A stretch of 62,944 nt of DNA, counting the filler, from Reticulomyxa filosa (taxonomy: Eukaryota; Protista; Foraminifera), in assembly GCA_000512085.1 (NCBI GenBank). It is 21 parts of 21 records of this genome, joined end to end, with 100 filler letters (N's around TTAATTAATTAA, not from the genome) between each part and the next. Parts side by side here need not be neighbours in the genome. Positions count along the whole stretch, not along the records: positions 46,443 to 49,033 come from ASPP01004672.1; positions 49,134 to 51,320 come from ASPP01000838.1; positions 51,421 to 58,599 come from ASPP01024711.1; positions 58,700 to 59,741 come from ASPP01020455.1; positions 59,842 to 61,507 come from ASPP01042174.1; 16 more parts are not named here. The stretch is one strand, 5' to 3'. The notes below the pieces were generated by a model. The model was not told the origin of the DNA. It did no database searches and saw only the letters and a program-made list of their open reading frames with translations. A program made the translations under genes and the position numbers. The stretch's first letter is position 1. The number at the start of each line of letters is the position of its first letter. This document shows, one piece after another, positions 48,056 to 61,607 of this stretch.

Positions 48056-48495
48056 ATGATAACAGTAATTCAAATTTTGAAGCTGGATTATAACAACGAT
48101 CAAATACAAACATAAGAGCGCTGTGGCAAATGTATGCGAATATGTTTGACAAAGAGTTACAGCAACTGCCAGGGATTTATTCCCCGTCACAACAGAAGTG
48201 TATTGTATTTGGCAGTCGGCAATGCAACACCAAAAAATTATGTAGGGATGTGTCGCTTTGCGAACATTCAAAGTAGGTCCAAGTGATGACCAAACACAGG
48301 AGAAAGTGACTTGGTATCTTAACAATTGCGAAATGAAAAGATTGTATGTACTGCCCAACTATCGTAAGTCAGACATCAGCAAGCAATTGGTCCTGTTGGC
48401 AATTGAAAAAGCAAAACAGTATCAATATGATATCCTTCGGTTAGATACACTGCCATCTATGAAAGCAGCACAAAACTTGTAAAAAAGTTTCGGCA
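48056..48495 (+). pseudogene. Bacterial-type GNAT acetyltransferase, disrupted
   Basis: FDKELQQLPGIYSP / VGCVALR / CEMKRLYVLPNYR / YDILRLDTLPSMKAAQNL*KSFG; frameshifts, and TAA at the conserved Tyr. Confidence 0.7.
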
Positions 48496-51420
48496 ATACC
48501 TTTTTCACTAACCCAACCAGCAAAACAACATTTAATAAAATTTTATTCCAGGTTGACGGCTATAGCAGCATTGCTAGCTTTTTTTCTTATTTTTTAATAA
48601 GTTTGTGTCAAAAATTTGATTGTCTTAATTTCTGAGCAGGCACACTGTTGTTCATTCTGTAGTTATTTGTCCGAAATTATCTTGGCTCTTATGACACTTC
48701 TCATAGTTACTCAAAAAAAAAAAGAAATCCTAGGCAATAGTGTAGCATCCAAGACAGGCCTTTTCTTTTTCTTTTACATTCAGTTTGTTGTTTGCGTCTT
48801 GGGTTTACACTGACTCTATTCTTTCTTTTTCGGCAGCTGCACTTTTGCAGAGAAGTGCATTGACGAAATAGCTCTCGAGAGCGAGTTCCACGTTGTATAA
48901 GTTTGGATTGTTATGTTATTTGAAGAGAGAAGAGCCAAACCACATTTCTAAAAAGGAAAACTTTTTCTCTTTCAGAAAAAAACCATTACTAAAGAAAAGT
49001 GAAAATATTTGATTAAGGATTCATTCCAAAAAANNNNNNNNNNNNNNNNNNNNNNNNNNNNNNNNNNNNNNNNNNNNTTAATTAATTAANNNNNNNNNNN
49101 NNNNNNNNNNNNNNNNNNNNNNNNNNNNNNNNNTTTTTTTAAAGATACAAGGCTTGTTGATCACTAAGCCTGCAAATTAGCACAAGCAATTGGAAATATA
49201 AATATTTAATCAAATGCTTGGACATCGTGGCCAAAGTTTCAATAATTTATTATTATTATTTTTTATCAAAAAAAAAAAAATTAGAACAATATTCACATTC
49301 ACAAAGAAGTCTTTGTATTCCACATCTTATTTTATTCAATAATTCAACATTAACGATTGCACAGTAGAAAAGATTAGAGAAATGAAAACAATATTGTCTA
49401 AATCTTTCTTCTAATGCGAATGAAGGAAAAATAAAATCTTTTTCATTTACAATATTTTGCACAAAAGTAAAACAAAATCAGTCCAACAAGGAACAACAAG
49501 AAAATTCTTCATAACGATCAATGTTTATGAGTGTGATGTAATTGCATCTATACATAATGTTTAAATTGTTTGTTTTAGTTTGAAGAAGTGTGAATCATAA
49601 TAATCACTTTGAGAGAAAAGGATTAGTATTGGGATTGATATTGAGAAAAAAAAATCCAAAAATAAATACAACAACAAGTTTTGTGCAACTCACTTTAGTC
49701 AATTGTCAAAGAGTTGCTGAGTTTATTTTATGTCTTCTCACCAACTTTGAAAAAGTTAATTGTTTTCCTTCAAAATAGACACGTAATAAGCTCACTTTTT
49801 TTTTAGTATTGATATTTTCTCAAATAGAGCGCAAAAACAAGCAAAGAGTTGTTTTTTAAAAAATTCGTCAACTAAAGAGGCGACACCCTTTTCTTAACCA
49901 ATTAAAAAACATGGCAACTTTGAAATATCATCCGAAATGTATCTTTTGCATAGATTAAGTACAAAGAGATATTGTCGAACATTTTCGTTTCGACATTCGT
50001 TCATATTAACTTTCTCAACCTTGCAGCAACACTTGGAAGCTAAATATAGTCTGGGAAATTTCCAAATTATTTTTTTTTGGGCAAACACAGAAAAACCCTT
50101 CTCGATCAATCACAGTATTAAAAAAAAAAACATGACCTTTTTGGGGGAGAGGATTGGGTATAATGATTGAAACAAAAAACATACTTTTCAAAATGACATC
50201 ATAAAGAAAAACGAAGAAGAAGAAGAAGGATATCACGCAAATGGCAAGGAAGCGAATAGAAGACCTATGGTTTGCATTTGATGCAACAAAGCTACGACGC
50301 GAGTTGAGCGAAAAGCGATGGAAAGGTGTGATCGTGAGAGGATTAGACGAGACATGGAAAATAAAACAAAGACAAGAGGCAAGGAGAATAAAAAAGCGAC
50401 AAGATACATTGACAAGTTTAACCGACAACGTGTACGCAGTGTTTGTATTGATGCTAACAATACAAACAAGTCCATCACACGAGAGAATCAATAAAAAGAA
50501 TAATAAAGTGTTATCAATCCAATATAAAGACAAAGAAAGCAAAAATGAAAATAAAAACAAGATTACAATCGATAGTGATCGTCGATCTCATTTCTTTGCA
50601 AATCATGGCAAGGCCAAGTATGGCGACATTGGCGTAAGCGGTCTGGTCAAACAGTATCATCATTGTTCCCCGTTTAATCGCAGTCAGCAATAAAGAAAGT
50701 CGTGTTGCTGATGAACTATATATGTCCTTTTTTTTTTATTATTTAAAAAGAAACAAACTAAATAATAGTAATTTTTTTTTTAAATAGATTAAATTTAATG
50801 TGACAATTTTTTACATAGGGAAAATTATATTTCCTTTTCGCAAAGATGTTTTTTCAAAGGAACAAATGTTTTCGTCCCTTTTTTTAAAAATATATTTCAA
50901 ACTCGTCTATCATTTGCATGCTTTATGTTATATCCAAAAACGTGGACAAGAGTGGTATAAATGAATGAAAAAAAACAATGAAATGTTGTTTTATCAAATC
51001 AGGATTGACAATTGGATATGTTGCACAAGCCTATAAATATGAATATATTTGTGTCAATGATATTGTCTCTGATAAAAATATTAAGACACATCACACCGAA
51101 TATGAGTGAATGTATTGGTAAAGAAGAAGAAAAAGGAAACAGTTAGGTCTTGAGCCTCTGTTGTAATCATGTATGTTGTGAACGTAAATGTTACATCAAT
51201 GTAAATGGAGATACTCCACAATTCAATTATTATTTTCATTTTGTTACTCGTATGCATGATCAAATGACACACATACAAAATATAAAATAACAGATTGCAA
51301 ATGAAACCTCTCTTAAAAATNNNNNNNNNNNNNNNNNNNNNNNNNNNNNNNNNNNNNNNNNNNNTTAATTAATTAANNNNNNNNNNNNNNNNNNNNNNNN
51401 NNNNNNNNNNNNNNNNNNNN

Positions 51421-51452
<32 letters not shown>

Positions 51453-53475
51453 TATAATACAAATGATAATGAGAACAGAAATGATGATAATAAAGGGAAT
51501 TGGAGACAATCTTCTTCTGTTACGGCTTTGGAATATCGATTTGCAATAGCGGATCATTTTTATACTGGAGTGATTCCATTGGAAAGTTGCAATCATCCTT
51601 TGTTAATTGGACTGTGGATGAACACAATTGGTGAATGGTTTGATGGCACTTATGCACATTGGTTGAAACAGAGGCAGTTATCTTCTGGTAATTGCATCCC
51701 TAATGTCAAAGATAATAATAATGGCATTGAATTGAATAATGCAGTGGTGTTTGATCTAAATTATGACGATACCAATCATTTATCCAAACCTCATCAAAGC
51801 AGTATTTTTTTTTGCAAACCATTGCGCAGATGGTTGTATCGACACATATTCACTTCGTCACGCACTTCCAACACAAATGCTAATGGCAATAGCAATGTAA
51901 CGGCATGTCAATGTCTTAGTGGGAATACTTATGTCAAAAGCATTCGTGAGATTGTTTGCTTCCCAGATATCAAGCGTATGAAACGATTAGGAGAATTGGT
52001 TGATTGTTGGAGACAAGGTACTGTCGTTGAAGATATCGAAAGTCCTCCTACTCCAATTACCACTTCGAGTTCGGAGGATGATCTTGCTCAATCATCACAT
52101 TCGTCTGGTCTTGTGTCAGACAATCCATTGTTGCGAATGAAATGCTACACGTTTGTCCAAGAGTGCTTGCAGCGACCCAAATCAAATGAAAAGGACAATC
52201 GCATTTGCATTTCTGAAGAGATGCTTTTGGATGACATTGCAATGCTTTGGAAATGGATCATTGAAGAGATCATTGGACGCAATTCCAGTACAGGCTCCAT
52301 TCCTGTCGATATTGACACAACAATATCCGATGCCAAACAAGATCACATCAATTCAAATTCCAATGCCAATGTTGATATCATTTCCAATGCCAATGTTAAT
52401 GACAATGTTGATAATGTCGATATAATAGATATGATAGGTATGACAGATCCACCAAAGACAAATGACAATGACAACAGCAACGAACAAAAAAATGAGATTG
52501 AACATAACACACAGGTTCATAGCAATGCAGAGCAAATACCAGTGACAAAAAACAAAAAGCAAAAAAAAAAAGATAAACCAGCGCAGAAGAGCACTGAAAG
52601 CTGAAAAAGTGAAAATGAAAAGAGAGGTACTGTGCAATAGCAGTAATGGGAACAACGCTGGCAAAATTTCAGGAAACACTCAAACGAAAGTGGAGAAATG
52701 CGACAAATTAACCATGGAACGACTGGCAAATGTGCTGACCAATCGATTGGATAGACAAATATTTGCATATTTGAATCAATGGAAATATCGAAAGCAATTG
52801 ACAGAAATAAAGAAATCCAATAGTAGAGCATCTGCAGTGGAAATCATTCATCCTCTCGATATGCATGCACGATCTGTGTTGCTTCATATTTATGAAATTG
52901 TCTTCATTTTTTTGCACTTACAATGCCAATTGGTTTGGTATCCTTCTTTCATTACCCATTTTCTTCATTATCAATATCGAACACATGTTGCAACTGATGG
53001 AAAGAATAATGAGACGGAAGATGATACATGCTCACTATTGTTCAAGTCCATACCATCCATGCTATTGAAAACAACGGATGAACATCAAAAGGAAATTAAT
53101 AAAACAAAAACCGCAATGGATTGTGAATTCCAAAACAGATTCTATTGAAAAATCACATTTGAAGTCATCTGATATGATCCAAATGATGACAAAAATGACA
53201 CAGAATTCAATACATTGTTGTCAGCATTTTATCAACTCAAAGGAGGAAAAGAAGAGGAGAATGGTATACTGCTTAAGCAATGGTCAGCATTAATGCATTG
53301 GAGAAAACAAATCGAAGAACGGTTTGATCAAAATGATATCATGAAACACAACATCAAATTAACCATGCCTTATATATGGGACATTTTTGATACCAAACTC
53401 TATCATTGGATTTGCAATAACCATTCATTGGCTAAAAAAACGATTGACAAAATTCTTATTCAAGAAAGTTTTTGA
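51421..53475 (+). CDS. 3' part of a large hypothetical protein, split across ORFs 51528, 52609 and 53215
   Basis: Long same-strand ORFs with frame breaks; Asn/Asp-rich linkers; no recognised domain. Confidence 0.5.
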
Positions 53476-54014
53476 CAAGTACATTATTGGGACTAATTTA
53501 TTTAATACTGATCGCTTTCTTAAAATTTTAACAAGATTACCTTTTTTGTTTTAAATACAAACTGAGATTTATTAATTTTGATTTTATAAATATTTTTGCA
53601 ACGACAGAATAAAAGTGTTAATCAAAAGTCTAAAGTTGAAACCTTTGAAAATTTTCGCACTTTGACAATTAATGGATCACTGCCCTTGAGAAAAGTTTTA
53701 CAAGAAAACAAAAATATAAGGTGTTATTGAAATATTGACAAACTTATCCACACACTAAAAAAATGAAACGCATGTAAGTTAGGAACTGTCTAAAGTTGAA
53801 AAAAGCCCCTTCGACATCTTTATCACAAATCGTCATTATCTGGCGCTTGCTTTGCGAACATACAGATGTTCAGAAATTTGTACTTTTGTTCATCTTTTTT
53901 TGCTTATACTTCTGTCAATCTAATCTCTCTGCCATTCACAGGTCGAGCAAAGAAGATGGTATGCAAATGTTCCAAATTTCAACACAACTTTAAAAAAAAG
54001 ACGCGCAACAAAAA

Positions 54015-55592
54015 AAGTAACAGAACAGCTTAAGACGATGGGATTTGGCTCAAATTACATTGAAAGAGCACTAAAAATTTTTCAGGTGAGTGGATGCATT
54101 GTCGTGTCTTTTTTTTTTTTTTTTGCAATAAAAAGACAATCAAAATATCGAAATCAGAAAACTAGAGGCAGTGTTTACGACGTAGCTACTCTTACAGAAA
54201 TTATCCACAGATTGAAAGAAAAGGATGAAGTTTTGTGTATCCATCAAAATATAACAAAGTCAAAACAAATGACAAAATAAAAAGGTAAAACTAGCAGTGA
54301 GTATGGTAGTTCAATTAACAAAGATAAACAATGCTGAAAACCAAAGTTTTTTTTTTTTTTTTTTGTGTTAAACTTTTTTTTGAAAAGATTAAAAAAATAT
54401 GAATGTTTGCAACAGAGACAGTGACAACTCCCACATTTGTTTCTCATATGACAATTGAAGAAGCTAAGAATTTACGTGTCAATGATTGTATTGACCACAG
54501 GTTCCTTATTCCCTTTATCTCTTTTTTTTTGAAATGTAAATAATAACAATCGATTGAAAATAAAAGAGATAATGTGGGACGATATTTATATGCAACAATA
54601 ATCGAAAAAGTGGGAAGCCGATTGAAGATTCATTATGAAGAATGGAGTGATACATGGAATTGTTATAGTGATTATTCACAAGAGATTGACAGATTTGCCA
54701 AATCTGGGAGCATATCCCGAAGGCCACCACATCGCCTTATGAATTTAAAACAAGGAGATTTTGTAGATGTCAATCCGAAATTAAAACATCCTGGATGGGT
54801 GGCGAGTCAAATACGAAGGAAAGATAGGTATTCAGGACAAATACAGGTGATCTATGAACATGACTCTAGACTTTATTTGACTTGGGTGCATTTGGATGAT
54901 ACTGACTCTGTTGCAGAATTTAAATCCAAATCTCAAATTATTCCTGCTTTTGCTACTCATTCCTCTCAAATTTATACCATTGATATAACTCAAGATGAAA
55001 GATCAGCACATGTTTGTTGTTTAAAATACTATCTTACTATTTTTTCCATGGCGATATTTTTTACAAGTATGCGTAAAAAAAATAATTTTAGGATGAACCA
55101 AAAAATTCTGAAGAAAGGAAGGAAGAAAAACCCAAGGAAGAAAAATCTAATGAAAAAAAATCCAATTCTGACAAATTCATAGAATTGAGGAATGGGCTAA
55201 AAAGTATTGGCTTATTTGACAATTGCATGTCAATTTTTGTAAAACATCAAATTGACGATAGCATATTACCATTATTAGATGAACAACATTTGAAAGAATT
55301 GACAGAATTGTCTCTTGGAAACAAAATTAAATTTACAAAGTGGCTGAAAGAGTATCAATTATCGTTACAGCAAAGAAGAGAAAATGACAATGATAATGAC
55401 ATATCAGGAACAACAATAACGGATCAACAACAAACACTTTGCGTTTGTTGTTATGAAAATCCCACAGACATGGTGTTTATTCCATGTGGACACATTGCAG
55501 TGTGCCAGCCTTGTGCAAGACAAGCCAACTTCAACACTTGTGTTATCTGCGGAAAAGAGGGAACAGCTTTTAAAACTTTTCAATCCATATGA
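54015..55592 (+). CDS. UBA-like + Tudor/MBT-like + SAM + RING protein (paralogue 1); 5' end uncertain
   Basis: QLKTMGFGSNYIERAL (UBA); IDHR|DNVGRYLYATI....RLKIHYEEWSDTW (Royal family); LKSIGL...IDDSILPLLDEQHLKEL..LSLG.KIK (SAM); CVCC...FIPCGH..VCQPC...CVIC (RING). Introns 54501-54566 and 55012-55091 are in frame. Confidence 0.8.
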
Positions 55593-56451
55593 CCACTTTA
55601 TCAAAGAGTGTTAATTGAAGTGACATCATCTTTCAAAAGTTATTTATTGTTGTTATCTTTTTCTGAGTTACTGCCCCAAGTACAAAATTACTTAAATTGA
55701 TCAAGTGGTCATTTATTTTGTTTAAAATGCAAATGAGAAAAAACAAAATAAGTGATATTATTATCATTGAACAATTATTGTAACTTTCTGACAAATAAAA
55801 AAATCAAGTGTAAGCTCAAAGTGTGAAATACATATCTAGTTCTTTTCCTTTAACCTTTGCAAGATCTACTGATGAGAGGTTGGAACTTGTTGAAGAAAAA
55901 AAACATGACAGAGAAAAAAATAAAAAAAATGGGACTAACCCCTTTTGACGAGCCCTTTAACTGCAAAAAATGTTTTTTAGTGCTGAATTTTGAAAATGGT
56001 TACCGGAGAACAAAAATACCTTTGTTATGAAGAAAAGAAATTTTTTGTTTTTTCGCAAGTGAACTTTTTTTAGTTTAAAAACTTGCAAAAAAAAAGAAAG
56101 TTTTTCTATCCAAGAATTTTCTGATCTTTTCTAAGGTGTATCCCCAGCGTATATAACTTTGATTTGTGATGTTGCACAAACAAGCAAAAGAATGAAACAA
56201 ACTTCTTAATTTTTATTGCAATCTTCTGAGAAAACACTGAATACCACATTGCTTCAACAATAAAATTATTTTTGATTGCAATTGAAAATATGTTAAAAGT
56301 TTATCATTTATTCAGTTGAAGTTGTTATATATGCTAAAATATTTTTTGCTCAAAATAGATATGTTTGTTTGTCTTTAAGCAGTAGTTTTGTTAAAATGGT
56401 GAAAAATAAATCGTACTACAAACACTATCAATATACTGTATGTTGTTTGCA

Positions 56452-58307
56452 TTATATTGACTTAAAGATTTTTAAGGTTGTTCCCTCTTTTGCGCATATA
56501 ACACAAGTGTTACAATCTTTTCTTTGTTTTGAACAAGATTCGCACATAGAGACGTGTCCACATGGAATAAACACCATATTAACAGGTTTTTCATAACAGC
56601 ACACACAAAGAGGTTCTTGGTGTATTTCGGATATTTGATCATTGTCATCATTATTTTTGAGTTGTCGCAATGATAACTGGTAATTCTTCAACCAATTTGC
56701 AAACTTAATTCTGTCTCCAAGAGTCAATTCTGTTATTTCTTTCAAATGTTGTTCATCCAAAAGTGATAATGTGCTGTCATCAATTTTGTATTTTTCGAAA
56801 ATTGATATATATTTGTCAAATAAACCAATGCTCTTTAATCCTTTTTTTAATTCAATAAAACTATCATTTTCTTGTTTTTCTTCTTTTTCACTTTCCAACT
56901 TGTTTTCCGATTTATCCTTTTTTTATAAATTCTTGATAGATTGATTGCTGTAATTTTTTTAATATAAGTAAATAAACAAATGTAATTTTTGACTTACATC
57001 TTTGATTTCCAAGTCAATTTGTTTTGATTCAAACTCGCGTAGTATAGCTTTCATTTGCACTACATGCAGCTTTTGATCAAACTTTCTGGAAAATCCATCG
57101 AAGTGGACTACAATCCAATTATTTTCTTTATCAATTACATTACCAGGAATCCAACGACTGCTTTGTAGATCTTGCACTTCCAACCAATCACCAATCGCAT
57201 ATTTGTTATCAATCACTTCATTCTCTTTCTTCTCAAATTGTTTTTTCACGCAATAGTAACATTACCTCATGATCTTCATTCACACACATTAAAAAACATT
57301 AATTAAAATCTTTTTCAACGAATCGAATATATGCATACATATACATATATAATATGTCCTTTGTGCAATTGATATATTAATGTTGTTTTTTTGGCTTTAG
57401 TTTGTAGAATTGAAGCATTCGAAACTATTTGGATCACTGATTTGTTTTTCAAGATTGGTTTGAGTTTTTTGAACTTGTCCAGATTTAGACATGAATTCGG
57501 CAATTGAGTCAACATCATCCAAATGGACCCAAATTAATTGAAACTTGTTGTCTTTTTCGTAGACCACTTGCACCTGTCCTGATTTTTTATCTTTTCTGCG
57601 AATCTCACCTGCTACCCATCCTGGATATCTCATTTTTGGATTGATGTCAACAAAGTCTCCCTTTTTCAAATTAATAAAGCGGTGTGCTGGTCTTGCAGAT
57701 ATGGTACGTGCTTTGGCAAAGCGTTTAATTTCCTTTTTGTAATCATTGTAACTGTCCCACCTGCGACCCCATCCTTCGTAATGAATTTTCAATCGACTCC
57801 CTAGCTTTTCAACAATTGATGCATACAAATATCGTCCCACTTCGTCTCTGTTTTTCAATTTTAATAAATATGAATAATCAGACACACAAAAACAAATTTA
57901 AAAAAAGTAGTTCGAACCTATGGTCAATGAAATCGTGTAATTGTAAATTTTCAGCTTCTTCAATGGTCATATGTGGTATGTATTCAGGCACTAAGGATGG
58001 AGGTGTCTGTTCTTGTGTTTGTGATGTTTCTACATCAGTAAAGCTTTTGTACTTTTGATTTCAAAGAAAAATGTTTTTTTGGAGAATATGCACAAGCATT
58101 TCAAACAATAGAGAAAAAAAGACTAAAAAAACTTAAATTTGTTTGAGAACGACATAAACTATTTCTCGTTCAAACAAATCTTTATGTGTGCAAAAAAAAA
58201 AAAGAACACGAATCGGAAAGTAAAATAAATGACCTCTTTTGCATTTATAACATGCTGTTCAATTTTTGCTTGAGGCTTTGGCTGAGATGCAGCATCTGCC
58301 ACTCCAT
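56452..58307 (-). CDS. Tudor/MBT-like x3 + SAM + RING protein (paralogue 2, convergent)
   Basis: Same IDHR|DEVGRYLY intron; LKIHYEGWGRRWD; extra repeat GDWLEVQD...W..G.VI......VVHFDGFSRKFD; SAM and RING closely similar to paralogue 1. Confidence 0.8.
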
Positions 58308-58699
58308 TTACTTTTTTCTAATTTTTTATTTTTTTTCAAAAAAAATTCATCCAAAAAAATGATTTAGAGTTCAAAGTCTTCAAACGAGAGAAAGCCAGAT
58401 GAATACGAAACTTTATCCTTTTCTTGCAATCGAACGATAATCTCAGCAAGAACCTCCAATTGGTATTTATTGCCATAGTTATTCTTTTTTTTGTTTTTTT
58501 CTCTATTTTTTTTTGCCTCTTCACAGCAGACAAAAAGAAAAAGATAAAATCAATTTTTGCTAACTTCATGAACTTTAAAGGCCCTTTTGATATATTGGGN
58601 NNNNNNNNNNNNNNNNNNNNNNNNNNNNNNNNNNNNNNNNNNNTTAATTAATTAANNNNNNNNNNNNNNNNNNNNNNNNNNNNNNNNNNNNNNNNNNNN

Positions 58700-59690
58700 A
58701 AAAAAAAAAAAAATTAAAACATGATTTTTGGAGACAATTTGAAATCGAGATGTGTTCTCCAAAGTAGCAGCAATGAGAAGATCTTGTTCACGACAATGAG
58801 AAATGTGTTGAGTGGCCTTGCCAACCAGAAGCAAGGAGAGCAAGAACTTGAGTCCGCAAGCAAAGACGACAATGCCCAGAAGGGACAGAAGAACAGCATT
58901 GGACTGAACGAACAAAAGGACATGAAAGACGCCAGTCACGACATGACCGTCGCTACGAGCATCACAAGCAACATAGACATAGGCACTATGCAAGTCAGAA
59001 GAAGAGCCGAGATTGGAGTTATATTCCCAGACCTGACACATGACCCGCGAAAACAAGGCGACATAGGGCAATGCACAAAAGCCGAGTCGCCGTTCGATGA
59101 CATTGCCGGACGAAGGGTCTTCCTGACATTGCGTGTTGAGTAGCATTCGCCTCGCCGAAGTGACATCCAAAGACAGACGAAGTGCAAAGATGCGATAGCA
59201 ATCGGTGGTGAAGTCGTTGAAGCGCAACATGAAGCCATGTTTGATTGTGTCGACAAAGCACTCCAAGCCCAACATTAGGACGAATGATTGACACCATTGG
59301 ATGAGCCACTCTTTGGATCGTTCATCCTTGAGTCCGCCCAGGAAGCACACATTTTGGACGGCGATCAGCAGCGCAAAGAACACCAGCTCGAAGCGTTCGC
59401 AAATGTCCGCGCACAGCACTTGGAATAGCGACTCCATGTGGTAGCGTTTGAACACAAACGTCTTGAGTTCGGTGAAGTTATTCGACACGAGTAGCGTGAT
59501 GATCGTGTGCAACGGGCTGTTCAGCATCACGTTGAAGCAGATGAACACCACGTACAGCAGCGTCGAGTGCAGCAACGCGTACACCACGTACACCACCCAG
59601 TCCGTCACTACCGTACCTATCACGTCCGGTGCTTCTTTTTCCTTCCAATCTACCAATGCTTCCAGCAATGCTTGCAATGCATCTTGTCCA
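58700..59690 (-). CDS. TAPT1: TAPT1/Emp65 (DUF747) membrane protein, internal exon
   Basis: LHS......FNV.LNS...ITLLVSNNFTELKTFVFKR...LFQVLCADICERF, ECFVDTIKHGF..RFN, ERRLGF..LP. Confidence 0.85.
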
Positions 59691-59841
59691 AACCACCTTT
59701 TTTTTTTTTTTAAAAAAAAAAAAAAAATTTTTTTTTTTTTTNNNNNNNNNNNNNNNNNNNNNNNNNNNNNNNNNNNNNNNNNNNNTTAATTAATTAANNN
59801 NNNNNNNNNNNNNNNNNNNNNNNNNNNNNNNNNNNNNNNNN

Positions 59842-60960
59842 ATTGTCTTTTACAGTTCCCAGCTCTTTCATTTCGACATTAACTATGCTAATTATTCGTT
59901 CGGTCTTTCATTGTCCGCTTGTCAATTCCTAGTACCTTTTTGCTTCTTTCAAATGCTCACCATATACGTATTACAAATAAGTACATAAAAATATAAATAT
60001 AAATAAATAAATATATTTATTTATTTATTTGGCTATTCATTTATATATAAGTAACCTCATTTTTTTGAAAATCACCAGAAGCATTAGTTTGAACTTTCTC
60101 TTGGAGTTGGTGTTCTTGTTTCAATTGAAAGTATTGAGTGGACAGCTGTTTGAAATTGATGTCAAGTTTTTCAAAATCGATTTGAAGCAATTGATAGACA
60201 GTTGGGTACTTCCGGCGCAGAGCAAAGGGAGTTGCCAAGTGTTGTGTGTTCCAGCGTTGATGATAAGGTGTAATTTTGTGTTGGCGGGTCGAAAAGGCGA
60301 CAGCAAATGGGCTTTTGTTCGCGTTGAATGGATCAAAGTCAAAGTCAAATATTAGCTGTTGCTGGTGTCGTTGGAATAGCAACAAGTCAGATTTTTTTCT
60401 GCCAAACGGATTTTGAATATACAACCGTTGAGACTTGTCATAGTGCCTTGTCGACAGTTGTGCAAACGATTGCCATTGAAGATCTTTTATTGATTTGTCT
60501 TCACTTGGTATTTGCATTGCAATCGTCATCGTCAGACTTTCCATTTTATTGACAGTATTTATTATCGGAGTGTTGTTGCTATGGTCCAAATGACTCAATG
60601 AATTGGCTATGTTTCTATTATACGTAGTTCCATTCGCGCTGCTTAGCTCGACAAACCCATTTTGACTCATTAGGTCCTCCAATATGTGCATTAAAAACTT
60701 TTGGTCGGTGACATTCAATTCCAGCATTTTATCAATGGCATCTTTGCTTTCGGACTTTATCGCTGCTAATAGCAACAGTTCCATCAATGATATCAAATCT
60801 ATTTTATTTTGCAAACAAATATTAATTTTCTTTTTTTCCTCCCTTTTTTTATCTTTCACTTTTTTTTTTTTTGCAAGGACCTACCAAACTGTTTGCCAAA
60901 GTCTATTGCTGCTGGTTGGATTGTGTCTTGCAATGATAACTTTTCCTCAATGTATCTGCA
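59842..60960 (-). CDS. HOOK-domain-like protein with coiled coil, partial, spliced
   Basis: DLISLMELLLLAAIKSESKDAIDKMLELNVTDQKFLMHILEDLM resembles the HOOK/CH-like domain end; a coiled-coil segment follows. Confidence 0.5.
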
Positions 60961-61607
60961 ACAAATTGCTCAAATGACGCGTTGAGAAAAGTTTTAACAA
61001 TAGCGATCAAAAAAGTTTACGAAGATGCTGAAGTTTCAAAAAAAAATTGTATTTGCTGCGAATTTTTCTGAAATAAAGATATTTTCCCATAAAGCAAAAA
61101 ACAATTTTAATATCCAAAAATTTTTTATTGTATTCGTATTATCATTTATTATGATCATAAATAATTTTACATAAGATTGCAAATGTACCAGTTTTACAAT
61201 TAATTTTATGTGATAAAAAGCTTGCAAAACTTTTGAATAAAAAAACTATTCTAAGTTGTCAAATCCCATACACTATAAATTTTTGACATTTTCAAATTTA
61301 GTTTAAAAAAATCCAAAAACCAGCAAGTCTATTTTTTGGACAATAAAATAAATAAATTTTTTTACAATCAAATGTTATTCATTGGAGAAACACTTGAATT
61401 AAAATATTGTACAAAAAATTAACAGTTGCACAAGTACGTAATTTTTAATTTATAATACAAAAAAAAAACAACATATATTTAACAAATATTTATGCTCAAA
61501 AAAATTGNNNNNNNNNNNNNNNNNNNNNNNNNNNNNNNNNNNNNNNNNNNNTTAATTAATTAANNNNNNNNNNNNNNNNNNNNNNNNNNNNNNNNNNNNN
61601 NNNNNNN

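Noticed and set aside
48470-48495. Stop-codon reassignment (TAA read as Tyr or Gln), suggested by in-frame TAA in the GNAT relics
   Set aside because: Conserved genes such as METTL5, WD40 and the RING genes have long stop-free exons and end on standard stops; the lesions accompany frameshifts.
8006-61607. Regularly recurring palindromic TTAATTAATTAA as a CRISPR-like or biological repeat
   Set aside because: It is always embedded in exactly 44+44 N, so it is a six-frame-stop scaffolding linker. ORFs ending in X...LIN are artefacts of it.
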